Source: a bacterium (lineage in GTDB: Bacteria; UBA8248). From it: a stretch of 64,000 nt of DNA. The DNA is taken from contig CBDBZY010000043.1 in NCBI GenBank assembly GCA_965213685.1, positions 32,001-96,000 on the forward strand. Reading direction: 5' to 3'. A model generated the notes under the pieces. That model was not told where the DNA came from. It made no database searches and was given only the letters and a program-made list of their open reading frames with translations. The number at the start of each line of letters is the position of its first letter. Position 1 is the first letter of the stretch. This document shows positions 35,754 to 46,246 of this stretch, in pieces. Both the position numbers and the translations under genes were made by a program.

Positions 35754-38417
35754 ATGAAGGGCAATGAGGTTCGACGGAAATTTCTCGATTTCTTCGCCGG
35801 CGCGGGGCACAGAATCGTTCGCAGCTCGCCGCTGGTTCCCATGAACGATCCGACCCTGCTGTTCACCAACGCCGGCATGGTCCAGTTCAAGGACGTGTTC
35901 ACGGGCCTGGAGAAGCGCGACTACTCCCGGGCGGTGACCTCCCAAAAATGCCTGCGGGTGAGCGGCAAGCACAACGACCTGGAGAACGTCGGCCGGACGG
36001 CGCGCCACCACACGTTTTTCGAGATGCTGGGGAACTTCTCGTTCGGGGAATACTTCAAGGAGAAGGCGATCGAGTTCGGCTGGGATTTTCTGGTGAACCG
36101 CCTGGGCCTGGACGGGGAGCGGATGTGGATCACCGTCTTCCGGGAGGACGACGAGGCGGCGGCGCTCTGGGAGCGGCTCGTGGGGGTTCCGCCCGAGCGC
36201 ATCGTCCGCATGGACGAGAAGGACAATTTCTGGGCGATGGGGGAGGCCGGCCCCTGCGGCCCCTGCTCGGAGCTCATCTATGACCAGGGAGACCACATCG
36301 TCGGCGCACCGCCCGGGAGCGGGCACGAGGATGAGGACGGGGATCGCTATCTGGAGCTCTGGAACCTGGTGTTCATGCAGTTCAACCGGGAGGCTTCGGG
36401 GAAGATGGAGCCGCTGCCCAAGCCCTCCGTCGATACGGGAATGGGCCTGGAGCGCCTCGCGGCGGTGGTGCAGGGGGAGGACAGCAATTACCATACCGAC
36501 CTGCTGATGCCGCTCATCCACGCGGTCGCCGAGCGCTGCGGCGCGGAGTACGCGGGCGGCGACGCGCCTTCCGACGTTTCTTTTCGCGTCATCGCGGACC
36601 ACGTTCGCGCGGTCAGCTTTCTGGTGGCCGACGGCGTTTTGCCGGGCAACGAGGGCCGGGGATACGTGCTGAGGCGGGTGGCGAGGCGGGCGCTGCGCCA
36701 CGGCAGGATGCTGGGCATCGAGGGGCCGTTCCTGGCGGAAACCTCCGGTGCGGTGGGCGATATGATGGGCGAGGCCTTCCCGGAGCTCCGGGAGAGTCGC
36801 AACTACATCGCCCGCGTCACGCTGGCGGAGGAGGAGCGGTTCGCCAACACCCTGGCCCAGGGCCAGCCACGCATGGACGCGCTTTCCGAGAAGGTGAAGG
36901 CGTCGGGTGCCGCCGCCATCCCGGGCGAGGAGGTGTTCACCCTCCTGGACACCTATGGCTATCCGTGGGACTTGGCGGTGGAGACGGCCGCGTTTCACGG
37001 CCTGGAGATAGACCGGGGCGGTTTCGACCGGGCGATGGAGGGGCAGCGCACCCGCGCCCGCGCGCACTGGAAGGGATCAGGCGAGGCCGCCGTGGACGAG
37101 ATATGGCACCAGGTGCGCGAGGAGGCGGGCGGCACCCGGTTCACGGGCTATGAGCGCGAGGCGGAGGATGCCCGGGCGTGCGCCCTGGTTGTGGACGGCG
37201 CGCCCTGCGAGGAAGTCGGCGCGGGCGTCGAGGCGCGCGTCGTGCTCGACAGGACGCCGTTTTACGGGGAGTCGGGCGGACAGGAGGGCGACAGGGGCGC
37301 GTTCTCCTGGCCGGAGGGGGCGGCGGTCGTCCTCGACACGCAAAAGCCGCTGCCCGACCTCCACGTCCACCGCCTGCGGGTGGAGCGGGGGACGCTCCGG
37401 CGGGGAGAGGAGCTGACGGCGCGCATCGACGCGGGGAGGCGGGCGCTCTTGCGGCGGAACCATTCGGCCACCCACCTTCTGCAACATGCGCTGCGCCAGG
37501 TTCTGGGAGATCACGTCAAGCAGGCGGGCTCTCACCTCTCGCCCGAGAGGCTCCGCTTCGACTACACCCATTTCGCGGCGACGACGGCCCGCGAGCGGGA
37601 GCGGATTGAGGATATCGTCAACGAGCGCATTCGGGAGAACCCGCGGGTGGAGACGCGCGAGATGCCGATAGACGAGGCGCTGGCCGCGGGGGCGACGGCG
37701 CTCTTCGGCGAGCGCTACGGCGAGGACGTGCGGGTCGTCTGCGTGGGCGATTTCAGCAAGGAGCTGTGCGGGGGCACGCACGCGCGCGCCGCCGGGGAAG
37801 TGGGGTGCTTCCGCATCCTGCACGAGGGCAGCGTGGCCTCGGGCGTCCGGCGCATCGAGGCGCTCACGGGAGGGGACGCGCTCCGCCAGGCGCGCAGGGA
37901 GCAGAACGCGCTCGCGGAAATCGGGGAACTCGTCCGGGCGGCGCCGCTGGAGGAAGCGGATCGGGTGAGGCACCTGCTGGATCGCGTGAAGACGCTCGAG
38001 CGCGCGCTCCAGAATTCGCGCGAGGAGAAAGCCCGCGACGAGATGGGCGATTTGGCCTCCGCCGCCCGGGAAGTCTCCGGCGTGCGGCTCATCGCCGCGA
38101 GGCGCGACGGCCTCCGGGCGGGCGAGTTGCGCGGCGTCATCGACGCGGCGAAGGGCAAGCTGCAAAGCGGCGTGGCCGTGGTGGCCGCCGTGAGCGACGG
38201 CAAGGTCGCCATCGCCGCGGGCGTCACGAAGGACCTCGCCTCCCGCATTCACGCCGGCGATCTGGTGCGGGAGGTGGCCTCTCTCGTCGGCGGAAGGGGA
38301 GGCGGCAGGCCGGACTTCGCGCAGGCGGGCGGCAAGGACGTCGGGAGGGTGGATGAGGCCATCGCCGCGGTTCCCGGACTGGTCGAAAAGATGGCGTCAT
38401 CGCGCGTCCGCGCCTGA
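35754..38417 (+). CDS. alaS: Alanine-tRNA ligase
   Basis: LLFTNAGM, RHHTFFEMLGNFSFG, DTGMGLER, NHSATHL, ELCGGTH, GGRPDFAQAGG. Confidence 0.98.
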   Translation: MKGNEVRRKFLDFFAGAGHRIVRSSPLVPMNDPTLLFTNAGMVQFKDVFTGLEKRDYSRAVTSQKCLRVSGKHNDLENVGRTARHHTFFEMLGNFSFGEYFKEKAIEFGWDFLVNRLGLDGERMWITVFREDDEAAALWERLVGVPPERIVRMDEKDNFWAMGEAGPCGPCSELIYDQGDHIVGAPPGSGHEDEDGDRYLELWNLVFMQFNREASGKMEPLPKPSVDTGMGLERLAAVVQGEDSNYHTDLLMPLIHAVAERCGAEYAGGDAPSDVSFRVIADHVRAVSFLVADGVLPGNEGRGYVLRRVARRALRHGRMLGIEGPFLAETSGAVGDMMGEAFPELRESRNYIARVTLAEEERFANTLAQGQPRMDALSEKVKASGAAAIPGEEVFTLLDTYGYPWDLAVETAAFHGLEIDRGGFDRAMEGQRTRARAHWKGSGEAAVDEIWHQVREEAGGTRFTGYEREAEDARACALVVDGAPCEEVGAGVEARVVLDRTPFYGESGGQEGDRGAFSWPEGAAVVLDTQKPLPDLHVHRLRVERGTLRRGEELTARIDAGRRALLRRNHSATHLLQHALRQVLGDHVKQAGSHLSPERLRFDYTHFAATTARERERIEDIVNERIRENPRVETREMPIDEALAAGATALFGERYGEDVRVVCVGDFSKELCGGTHARAAGEVGCFRILHEGSVASGVRRIEALTGGDALRQARREQNALAEIGELVRAAPLEEADRVRHLLDRVKTLERALQNSREEKARDEMGDLASAAREVSGVRLIAARRDGLRAGELRGVIDAAKGKLQSGVAVVAAVSDGKVAIAAGVTKDLASRIHAGDLVREVASLVGGRGGGRPDFAQAGGKDVGRVDEAIAAVPGLVEKMASSRVRA

Positions 38418-38426
38418 TCCGCGCGG

Positions 38427-39650
38427 ATGCACCCGCGCGCGTCGCGCATTTCGGAGAAAGCCTTGGCCTCGAGGAACGCCGCTGCGGTCGGCGCGGTTCC
38501 AGACCGCCTCAAAAAAAGAAGAATATCCCTGCTCATCGTCTCCCACGTAGCGAACGACAGCTATTTCGGCTTTCTCCCCCCGCTGCTCCCCCTCATCGTG
38601 CAGCGCATGGACCTGCCCCTGAGCCTGGCGGGACTTTTGGCCACCACCCTCTCCGTCACCGGCGCGGTGGGCCAGCCCCTGTTCGGCTACTTCGCGGACA
38701 GGATCAGAAAGGGGTGGCTTCTGGCGCTCGGCCCACTGGGCGGCGCGCTCCTCGCGTTCATGCTCTACATGCCGAATTTCTGGCTCCTCATGCTCCTCAT
38801 GCTGGTTGCGGGATCGGGATCGGCCTGCTTTCATCCCGTCGCCTCGGTCATCGCCGGCCAGTCCTCGGGCGCGCGAAAAGGCTTCGGGATGTCGCTCTAC
38901 GTCGCCGGCGGCCGCCTCGGCGTGGGGCTCGGCGCGGGGATGGCGACCTTCATCGTCACGCGATGGGGCGTCGACGCCATCCCGTATGCCAGCCTCGTCG
39001 GGATAGTCGTCGGCGTCCCCCTGCTTTTCGTCGCCCCGCCCATCCGGGAGACGAGGAGCGGCGCCTCCCAGAGTTTCGCCCAGACGATGCGCATGTTGCG
39101 GTTCGTGTTCCGGCCGCTCTTCCTGCTGTGGCTCGTGAATCTGTGCCGCACCACGGTGACGATGACCGTGCAGGTTTTCTTGCCCATCTACATCATCGCC
39201 AAGGGCGGTTCGCTGGGCGCGGGCGGAGCGGCGATCACCCTGTTCCTGTTCGCCGCGGCGGTGGGCGGCATCTATGGCGGACATCTCTCCGACGTCTTTG
39301 GCAGGCGGGTCGTGACCATTTTCGCCATCTGCCTGGGCACGCCGGCCCTGGGCGTGGCGTTTCTGGTGGACGATCCGCTCCGGACGGCCTTCGTCATGCT
39401 GTCGGGGGCCGCGTTCTACGCGCAGATGGGGGTTTCCGTGACGTATGCGCAGGAGATCGCCCCCGAGCACGCCGCCCTGGTGAGCAGCTTCATGCTCGGC
39501 GTGGTCTGGTTCGTGGCGAGCATCGGGATGATCGCCGTGGGCGGCCTGGCCGATTACGTCGGCGTGGAAAGGGCGCTGCCCGCCGTCTGCATGGCGTTTG
39601 GCCTCGCGGGTTCGCTCCTTTCCTTCGGGCTGCCGAAAGAGACGGGATAG
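38427..39650 (+). CDS. MFS transporter (Fsr-like)
   Basis: About 12 hydrophobic segments; SH..ND, QPLFGYFADR, FHP, LSDVFGRR. Confidence 0.88.
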   Translation: MHPRASRISEKALASRNAAAVGAVPDRLKKRRISLLIVSHVANDSYFGFLPPLLPLIVQRMDLPLSLAGLLATTLSVTGAVGQPLFGYFADRIRKGWLLALGPLGGALLAFMLYMPNFWLLMLLMLVAGSGSACFHPVASVIAGQSSGARKGFGMSLYVAGGRLGVGLGAGMATFIVTRWGVDAIPYASLVGIVVGVPLLFVAPPIRETRSGASQSFAQTMRMLRFVFRPLFLLWLVNLCRTTVTMTVQVFLPIYIIAKGGSLGAGGAAITLFLFAAAVGGIYGGHLSDVFGRRVVTIFAICLGTPALGVAFLVDDPLRTAFVMLSGAAFYAQMGVSVTYAQEIAPEHAALVSSFMLGVVWFVASIGMIAVGGLADYVGVERALPAVCMAFGLAGSLLSFGLPKETG

Positions 39651-39658
39651 GGGGGCAC

Positions 39659-40051
39659 GTGGCGCCGAAATTCAGACCCCTGGCCGTGGAGCGCGAGATA
39701 GCCGAGGAGAAGGCCTCCGCGCTGGGCCGCATCGGGAGCGCGTTCTCCCTGCGCCATCAAAAAGCCTGGGAGGCGTGGCGCGCCTGGGAGAGGGGCCGGG
39801 AATCGGGCGAGGGGAGAGGGGAGGGGCTGGAGCGCGCCCTCGGCCGCGCGATGGATGAAGCGGAGCGCTACCGGTATTTCCTCATCGTGCAGAGAGAGGC
39901 GATGGGGCTTCGGAACCATGCGGAGGTGGGCCGGAAATATCCGCTGCCCCGGGTGCCGGGCAGACCGCCCGCCGCCGGCGACCCCTCTAGCCCTCGTCTC
40001 GCTTGGCCCGGAGGATTTTCACGAGGTTGGCGAAGGAGGTTCTCCGGATGA
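39659..40051 (+). CDS. Small conserved hypothetical protein (DUF6665-like)
   Basis: EIAEEKASALGR...YFLIVQREAMGLRNH; GTG start; 3' end overlaps the convergent mlaC. Confidence 0.65.
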   Translation: MAPKFRPLAVEREIAEEKASALGRIGSAFSLRHQKAWEAWRAWERGRESGEGRGEGLERALGRAMDEAERYRYFLIVQREAMGLRNHAEVGRKYPLPRVPGRPPAAGDPSSPRLAWPGGFSRGWRRRFSG

Positions 40052-40595
40052 TGGAGCGAAACTGATCCCGGTAGTTTTTCAGGAGGCTGATGCCCTCCAC
40101 CGACACGTCATAGACGCGCCATGTGCCGTTCACCCTGTGCATCCGGTAGACGATGTCGACGGTTCGCTTCTCCCTGGTGATCACCTGGGTCGTGACCGTG
40201 GCGAACTCCGGGTCGCTGACTTCCTTGACGAAGAGGATTTTCTCGTCCGTATAGCTCTCGAGCTTGCTGGCGTAGTTGCGCTCCATGAGATGGCTGAACA
40301 GACGGGTGAATTCGCTCTTCTCCCCTGCGGTGCGCTTTCTCCAGCTCCGCGCGAGACTGCGCATGGACATTTCCCGGAAATCGAAATACTGATGGATGAT
40401 CCTGCGAATCCGGCTTCTGCGCTCCGCTTTTTTGGGGGCGCCTTTCAGATGGGGATTCCGAAGAACCTCCAGCACCCCGTATATGCCCGCGCGCAGTTGC
40501 TCCGTCGGATCTCCGGCGTGGGCGGCGGAGGCGAGGAGGAGCGCACATGAGAGGAGCAAGGCGACGAGGAATGGACGCTTCCTTGGCTGTGGCAT
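39987..40595 (-). CDS. mlaC: Phospholipid-binding periplasmic protein MlaC/Ttg2D
   Basis: Signal peptide, FDFREMS..SL...W, WRVYDVSVEGISLLKNYRDQF. Confidence 0.9.
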   Translation of the reverse strand: MPQPRKRPFLVALLLSCALLLASAAHAGDPTEQLRAGIYGVLEVLRNPHLKGAPKKAERRSRIRRIIHQYFDFREMSMRSLARSWRKRTAGEKSEFTRLFSHLMERNYASKLESYTDEKILFVKEVSDPEFATVTTQVITREKRTVDIVYRMHRVNGTWRVYDVSVEGISLLKNYRDQFRSIIRRTSFANLVKILRAKRDEG

Positions 40596-40707
40596 GGGCT
40601 CTCCTCCTGCTGTGCGGCCCGAATCCCGAAACGGCGAGGGGCGAACGCCGCCGCGCCTTGCGCCGCCCGGCCGCCTGCGCGCGTTCCCCGATTCGGGGGG
40701 CAGACCT

Positions 40708-41151
40708 TTATTTCAGCCTGCCGAAAACAAACTCCCCGATGAGTTTTTCCATGTCAACCGGGGGCTCCGTCTCCCGAATCCGCCCCCCTGGGGGGATGAT
40801 TTTTTCCGACCCCCCGAGGCTGATGCTCACGTACCTGTCCCCCAAAATCCCTTTCGTCCGGATGGAGGCGATGGAGTCCCGCGAGAGCCGGACGCTCTCC
40901 TCGAGGCGGAGCGTGAGTTTCGCCTCCTCGCCGTCGAGGGAGATCCCGGTCACCTGCCCGACCTGCACGCCCGCCATCTCCACGGGGGCGCCTCGCCGCA
41001 GGCCCGTGGCGCTCGTGAACTTCGCCGAGACTTCGTAGGTGCCGGCGTCGAAAATGTCGAGACCGCTGAACTGGACGGCCAGATAGGCGAAGGCCAGGAT
41101 GCCCGCCAGAACGAACAGGCCGACGCCGAATTCCACGTTTTTCCGGTGCAA
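40708..41151 (-). CDS. mlaD: MCE-domain protein MlaD
   Basis: VGLFVLAG, GL..GAPVEMAGVQVGQV, TKGILGDRYVSI. Confidence 0.9.
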   Translation of the reverse strand: MHRKNVEFGVGLFVLAGILAFAYLAVQFSGLDIFDAGTYEVSAKFTSATGLRRGAPVEMAGVQVGQVTGISLDGEEAKLTLRLEESVRLSRDSIASIRTKGILGDRYVSISLGGSEKIIPPGGRIRETEPPVDMEKLIGEFVFGRLK

Positions 41152-41170
41152 GGCTCGAGTCGTCCCTTTT

Positions 41171-41959
41171 TCAGAGGAAAAGCGAGGTGAGGAAATAGTC
41201 GCTCACCAGGATCGAGACGGAGCACAAAACCACGGCCGAGGTGGTCGCTCTGCCCACCCCCTCGGCCCCGTGCCCGCAATGATACCCTTTATAACAGCAA
41301 ATCCACGTGACGAGCAGGCCGAAGACGACGGATTTCCACATCCCCACGTTGAGGTCGGCCATGACGATCTTGTCCTGCATCTCGCCAAAGAAGGTGCCGG
41401 CGCTCATCCCCATCAGCTCCACGCCCACGAGGTAGGCGCCGAATATGCCGATGATGTCGCAAAGCGCGGTGAGCAGGGGAAACGCTATCACGCCCGCGAG
41501 CAGCCGGGGGGAGACGAGGCGCTGCAGGGGATTCACGGCCATGCTCTTGAGGGCGTCCACCTGCTCGGTGATCCGCATGATGCCGATTTCGGCCGTCATG
41601 GCGGAGCCCGCCCTCCCGGTGACGACGAGGGCGGTGAGCACGGGCCCGAGTTCGCGGATGAGGCTGAAGGCGACGGCGGGGCCCAGGAAGGCCTCGGAGC
41701 CGAATTTCCGGAAGGCGTACAGTCCCTGGAGTGCCAGAACCATGCCGGTGAAAAGGCCGGTCAGCAGGACGATGGAGAGCGAGCCCGCGCCGATGACGTA
41801 AATCTGGCGGATGAGGAGCGAGAGGCGCCAGGGCGGGAGGAGGAGCCACCGGATGGATTCGCCCAGGAAAATCGCGGCCCTCCCCATCCCGACGACGTTC
41901 CGGATGGCGTGGCGACCGAGCGTCCTGGTGCCCTCTTTCATGGTTGCCGCTACACTCAT
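41171..41959 (-). CDS. mlaE: ABC permease MlaE
   Basis: RELGPVLTAL...GRAGSAMTAEIG.M..TEQVDAL, GAEGVGRATT. Confidence 0.92.
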   Translation of the reverse strand: MSVAATMKEGTRTLGRHAIRNVVGMGRAAIFLGESIRWLLLPPWRLSLLIRQIYVIGAGSLSIVLLTGLFTGMVLALQGLYAFRKFGSEAFLGPAVAFSLIRELGPVLTALVVTGRAGSAMTAEIGIMRITEQVDALKSMAVNPLQRLVSPRLLAGVIAFPLLTALCDIIGIFGAYLVGVELMGMSAGTFFGEMQDKIVMADLNVGMWKSVVFGLLVTWICCYKGYHCGHGAEGVGRATTSAVVLCSVSILVSDYFLTSLFL

Positions 41960-42150
41960 GGGGCTTGTGCCTTCTATTCCGCATCGCGAGCAAGTATAGT
42001 GGGCGTCACGGGTTGGATGGCGGTTTCCGGGGAGCGGCCGGGGCGATCCATCGTGCGGCTTCTCCAAGGCGGCCCCCAGTGTATCGCCCTTGGCACAGGA
42101 AAATCAACGCGCGCGCATATGGCGGCGTTCTTCCAAGGATTTCGTTGGTT

Positions 42151-42954
42151 ATGGTGAGCAGAGCGGTCGGACCCCTGGCGAAGTACATCGAATATGGCGT
42201 GCGCGGCCACATGGCGGATTTCGCGCGAATCACCCGTTTTTTCGTCATGATTTATGTGCCGATCTCCCTGGTCGCCCTCTCGCTTCATCCCTCGATCAAA
42301 TCGCTGATGGACCCGCAGGCGAACCTCGCGCTCCTCTTCCCCCTCATGATCGCCTCCCAACTGCTCCTGCGCGCGCTACAGGTGTTTCTGTTCATCCTCC
42401 TGATTTTGCGGGTTGAGTCCGAGCGCAAAGGCGACGGCGGCGTCTGGGATGTCGCGGAGGCGGTGGCGCGCCTGAAATCCGTCGTCGCGGTGGACCTCGC
42501 ATATACCTTCGGCTTGCAGCTGCTGGGCGTCGTCGGCTTCGCGTCCGCGTTGTTCGTCTTCGGCTTTCTGTTCGGGGATTCGCCCGTCGCCCTCCCGTTC
42601 GCGTTCGCCGTGACGATCTTTCTCGTCCTCACGCCCGCCGTGCGGTATTATTTTTGCACCCTGACTGCGCTGTTGTATGGCGATGGCTTCGCCGAGGCTT
42701 TTCGCCGCGCCGGTGGTATCTCGAGCGGCGGGGAGAGGCTCGTCGTCGCCCTGGTGATGACCTACCTTTTGCTCTGGTTCATCCTCTGGCAGGTGATAGA
42801 GGGCGTTTTCGGCGGCGGTCTCCCGGGCCAGGTTCTGCTGCAAACGGGCGTGATGGTGACCTCGGTCTCCTACTATCTGGCGGGGTATCTTTTGTTTTCA
42901 GACCTTTGCCAGGCTGCGAGCGCGAATCGCCCGGAGGAGTCGGGCGACGCCTAG
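42151..42954 (+). CDS. Hypothetical integral membrane protein
   Basis: About 6 hydrophobic segments; start uncertain (42151 or 42211). Confidence 0.65.
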   Translation: MVSRAVGPLAKYIEYGVRGHMADFARITRFFVMIYVPISLVALSLHPSIKSLMDPQANLALLFPLMIASQLLLRALQVFLFILLILRVESERKGDGGVWDVAEAVARLKSVVAVDLAYTFGLQLLGVVGFASALFVFGFLFGDSPVALPFAFAVTIFLVLTPAVRYYFCTLTALLYGDGFAEAFRRAGGISSGGERLVVALVMTYLLLWFILWQVIEGVFGGGLPGQVLLQTGVMVTSVSYYLAGYLLFSDLCQAASANRPEESGDA

Positions 42955-42969
42955 CGCGCGGAGGCCCCT

Positions 42970-43752
42970 CTACAGGGAAACGTCGAAGCTCAGCCCGTCA
43001 TACGCGAGCTCCACGCCGCCGGGCAGGTTCCGGTTCGTCTCGTGGTATTCCAGCTCATAGTTGGTGTGGGTGAAATACGTCCGCTCGGGCCGCAGCGCGT
43101 CGACGATCTCCAGGGCCTGGGCGACCGTGAAATGCGAGGGATGCTCCCGGTGCCGCAGCGCGTCGAGGATGAGGACGCGCACCCCCTCGAGAATCTTCAT
43201 GGACTTCTCCGGAATGGCGTTGCAATCCGTGGCGTAGGCGAAGTCGCCCACCCGCAGCCCCATCACCTGCGTTCCGGCGTGCTCCAGCTCGAAGGGTATG
43301 ACGTCGATGCCGGCGGCCCCGAACGCGGCGCCGTCGATCTCCGCCACCGTGAGCTGCGGCTTGAAGCCGTCGTAGGCGCGGGCGTCTTTGAAGATGTAGC
43401 TGAAATTCTGGCGCAGAACCTTCACCGTCTCCGGGTAGGCGTAGCAGGGAATCGGCTTTCGCATCAGGAAGTTGAAGGCGCGCAAATCGTCGATGCCGTG
43501 GGTGTGGTCCGCGTGAAAATGGGTGTAGATCACGGCGTCCACGCGGGTGATCCGGTGCCGGAGCGCCTGCTCGCGCAAATCGGGACCCGTGTCCACCAGC
43601 AGGTTTCTTCCGGCGCGCTCGATGAGGATGCTGGGGCGCAGCCGCTTGTTTTTGGGGTCGTCCGAGAGGCAGGCGTGGCTCGTGCAGCCGATGGAGGGGA
43701 CGCCCGTGGAGGTGCCACAGCCCAGGACGGTGACCCGCGCGCGCGCACTCAT
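42970..43752 (-). CDS. MBL-fold hydrolase (PhnP/YycJ-like phosphodiesterase)
   Basis: LGCGTSTGVP.IGC, DTGPDLREQ, THFHADHTHGIDDLR, LAYDGL. Confidence 0.9.
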   Translation of the reverse strand: MSARARVTVLGCGTSTGVPSIGCTSHACLSDDPKNKRLRPSILIERAGRNLLVDTGPDLREQALRHRITRVDAVIYTHFHADHTHGIDDLRAFNFLMRKPIPCYAYPETVKVLRQNFSYIFKDARAYDGFKPQLTVAEIDGAAFGAAGIDVIPFELEHAGTQVMGLRVGDFAYATDCNAIPEKSMKILEGVRVLILDALRHREHPSHFTVAQALEIVDALRPERTYFTHTNYELEYHETNRNLPGGVELAYDGLSFDVSL

Positions 43753-44783
43753 CGCACGGCCTCCGCCAACGCGCGGGCGGCGCCCCGCACATCCTCCGCC
43801 GAGACGTCGAGGTGGGTGACGGCGCGAAGCGTTCGCGGGTTCGGCGTGGAGAAGGCGCAGCCGCGCTCCCTCGTCATCTCGTTGATCCGGCCCGCCGTCT
43901 TTCCGGTTCCCGATACGTCCAGGAACACGATGTTGGTGGGCGTCGTGTCATAGACCGGCCGCACCCCCGGGATGCCGGCGGTGAGCTCGGAGAACAACTG
44001 GGCGTTCGCGTGATCCTCCGCGAGGCGCGCCACGTGGTGGTCGAGGGCGTAGATTCCCGCGGCGGCCAGAAGTCCCGCCTGCCGCCAGCCGCCGCCCCAC
44101 ATCTTCCGATACCGGCGCGCCTGCCGGATGAACGCCTTTCTCCCGAGCAGGAGGGAGCCCACGGGGCAGCCCAGACCCTTGGAGAGGCAAAAACACACCG
44201 AATCGCAGCGCCTCCCCCATTCTGCGGGGGGGACGCCCGAGGCGACGACGGCGTTGAAAATGCGGGCCCCGTCTATGTGGAGGGGGATGCCCTGCTCCTC
44301 CGAGAGCGCGCGCAGCGCATTGAGGCGCGCGACGGGAAATACGTGGCCCCCGCCCTGGTTGTGCGTGTTCTCCACCCAGAGGAGGGCGCTTCGGGGATAC
44401 CCGTTGGGGGGGCGAAGCCACTCCTCGGCGTCTTCTCGGGCGTAGGCCCCGCGGCGCGCGGAGACGAGGGCGAATTGAACGCCGGCCAGAAAAGCGCCGC
44501 CGGCCAGCTCGTTCCGGAAGGGATGGCAATGGGAATCGGCGATGATTTCATCGCCCGGGTCCGTGTGCGCCTTGATGGCCAGCTGGTTGGCGAGGGTGCC
44601 GGAGGATACGAAGAGGCCGTCTTCCTTGCCGAAGAGGGCCGCCGCCTTCTGGATGAGCGCCTGGACGCTCGGGTCCTCCTCGAGCGTGTCGTCCCCCACC
44701 GGGGCACGGGCGATGGCCTCGCGCATCGGGGGCGTGGGGCGCGTCGCGGTGTCGCTTCTGAGATCAATGAAATGACGGGACAC
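43749..44783 (-). CDS. ltaE: Low-specificity L-threonine aldolase
   Basis: IDLRSDT, VGDD..EDP, SGTLAN, ENTHN, HIDGARIFNA, CLSKGLGCPVGS. Confidence 0.9.
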   Translation of the reverse strand: MSRHFIDLRSDTATRPTPPMREAIARAPVGDDTLEEDPSVQALIQKAAALFGKEDGLFVSSGTLANQLAIKAHTDPGDEIIADSHCHPFRNELAGGAFLAGVQFALVSARRGAYAREDAEEWLRPPNGYPRSALLWVENTHNQGGGHVFPVARLNALRALSEEQGIPLHIDGARIFNAVVASGVPPAEWGRRCDSVCFCLSKGLGCPVGSLLLGRKAFIRQARRYRKMWGGGWRQAGLLAAAGIYALDHHVARLAEDHANAQLFSELTAGIPGVRPVYDTTPTNIVFLDVSGTGKTAGRINEMTRERGCAFSTPNPRTLRAVTHLDVSAEDVRGAARALAEAVR

Positions 44784-44964
44784 GGGGGGGAGCCTCCCGA
44801 AGTTCCGGATTCCGCCTCTGGGGAGTCGGTTTCGCGCGCACGGCGGCGCATTTTCCTCGGGTAAAGTGCCTGGGGCTATATTTGCACAATCGCGGGCGAT
44901 TTGCCACATTATCGCCCTGTCGTTTTCCGTTTTCGGGCTCTGGGCGCACACCGGGAGGACGGAC

Positions 44965-46095
44965 ATGCGGGACGTCGGGGGGCCGCCGGTTCTGGAGGAG
45001 GGTTTTCTGAGGCGCGCACGGTCGTATCAAATGCGGCGCCTGTATGCGGGCCTGCTATCCTCCGCCCTGGAATTCGGCGTCCTTCTCCTGTTTTTGCTCC
45101 ACTATCTGGGCGCTGACTCCCCAGGCGCGTCGGGCGGCGCGTTCCTGAGCGGTTTTGCCGCCTTCTCCCTCATCGCCGTCTCCAGAACCCTGGTCTCCCT
45201 GCCCTTCGACTTCTATGCGGGCTACGCCCTCGCCCGCCGGGAAAACCTGTCGAACGAATCGGCGGCGCGCTGGCTCTGGGACAGATGCAAGGGGGCGGCG
45301 CTGCTGCTGGCGCTCGGCGGTGCGGCCAGCGGCGGCTGCCTGGCGATCATGGCCGCATGGCCGCGTCATTGGTGGTGGATAGCGGCCCTGGTCTCCGTTC
45401 TGCTCCTGCTGTTCGTCTCCCTGATCGCCCCCGTGCTGCTCGCGCCCATTTTCTTTCGCTTCAAGCCGCTGGCGGATGAAGGCCTCAGGGAGCGGCTCCT
45501 CGCCTTGCTGGAAAAAACGAGGGCGAAAGTACGTGGCGGCGTCTGGGAGATGGAGCTGAGCGCCAAGAGCAAGACGGCGAACGCCGCCCTGGTCGGCTGG
45601 GGCCCCTCCCGGCGCGTGGTTCTGTCGGACACGCTGCTCGATTTCGCGCCCGATGAGATCGAGGCCATCCTGGCCCACGAGCTCGCGCATCACGTGGGCC
45701 GCCACATCGCGATTCTCCTGGGCATGAAGAGCGTCGTGATCGCCTGTGGCCTCTATCTCTCCCGCGAGGCGTTCGAGTGGCTGGGCGGATGGGGGAGCCC
45801 CGCCCCCCTCCAGCCGGGAGAGCCTGCGGGCGTGGCGGTTCTGTGGATTGTCCTGACCCTCGTCGGCGCGGCGCTCTCCCCCTTGTTGCTGGCGGTTTCC
45901 CGCGCCCTTGAGCATCGCTGCGATCTGTATGCCGTGCGGCAGGCGCCGGGGGGCGGCCTAGCCTCCGCCCTCGTCAAGCTGTGCAGGCAAAACCTGACCG
46001 ACCCCGACCCGCCCCGGTGGGTGGTCGCGCTCTTCCATTCGCACCCCCCGGTTTCCGCGCGGCTCGCCAAGATCGAATCCTGGGCGGGGGGCTGA
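44965..46095 (+). CDS. M48 family (Ste24-like) membrane zinc metalloprotease
   Basis: ANAALVG, DTLL, HELAH, SRALE..CD, HSHPP...R; RBS GGAGGA. Confidence 0.88.
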   Translation: MRDVGGPPVLEEGFLRRARSYQMRRLYAGLLSSALEFGVLLLFLLHYLGADSPGASGGAFLSGFAAFSLIAVSRTLVSLPFDFYAGYALARRENLSNESAARWLWDRCKGAALLLALGGAASGGCLAIMAAWPRHWWWIAALVSVLLLLFVSLIAPVLLAPIFFRFKPLADEGLRERLLALLEKTRAKVRGGVWEMELSAKSKTANAALVGWGPSRRVVLSDTLLDFAPDEIEAILAHELAHHVGRHIAILLGMKSVVIACGLYLSREAFEWLGGWGSPAPLQPGEPAGVAVLWIVLTLVGAALSPLLLAVSRALEHRCDLYAVRQAPGGGLASALVKLCRQNLTDPDPPRWVVALFHSHPPVSARLAKIESWAGG

Positions 46096-46246
46096 GCGCC
46101 CTTGCCGCAGACCCGCCGGCACCCTCGGGGAATCGAAAGAGGGCGCGGCGCCCGGCGCATGTGTCCGCCGCGCGCAAGGGGGGCGGGCCGCAGGGGCGCC
46201 CGGAGGAAAGTGTCGGCGGGCCGGAAAGTATCGGGGAGAGGCGGCG

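Noticed and set aside
34038-37067. Very long antisense and alternate-frame ORFs (e.g. 1009 aa here, 841 aa opposite pheT, 823 aa opposite metH)
   Set aside because: Shadow ORFs expected from high-GC codon bias; they overlap well-supported genes and have no family motifs.
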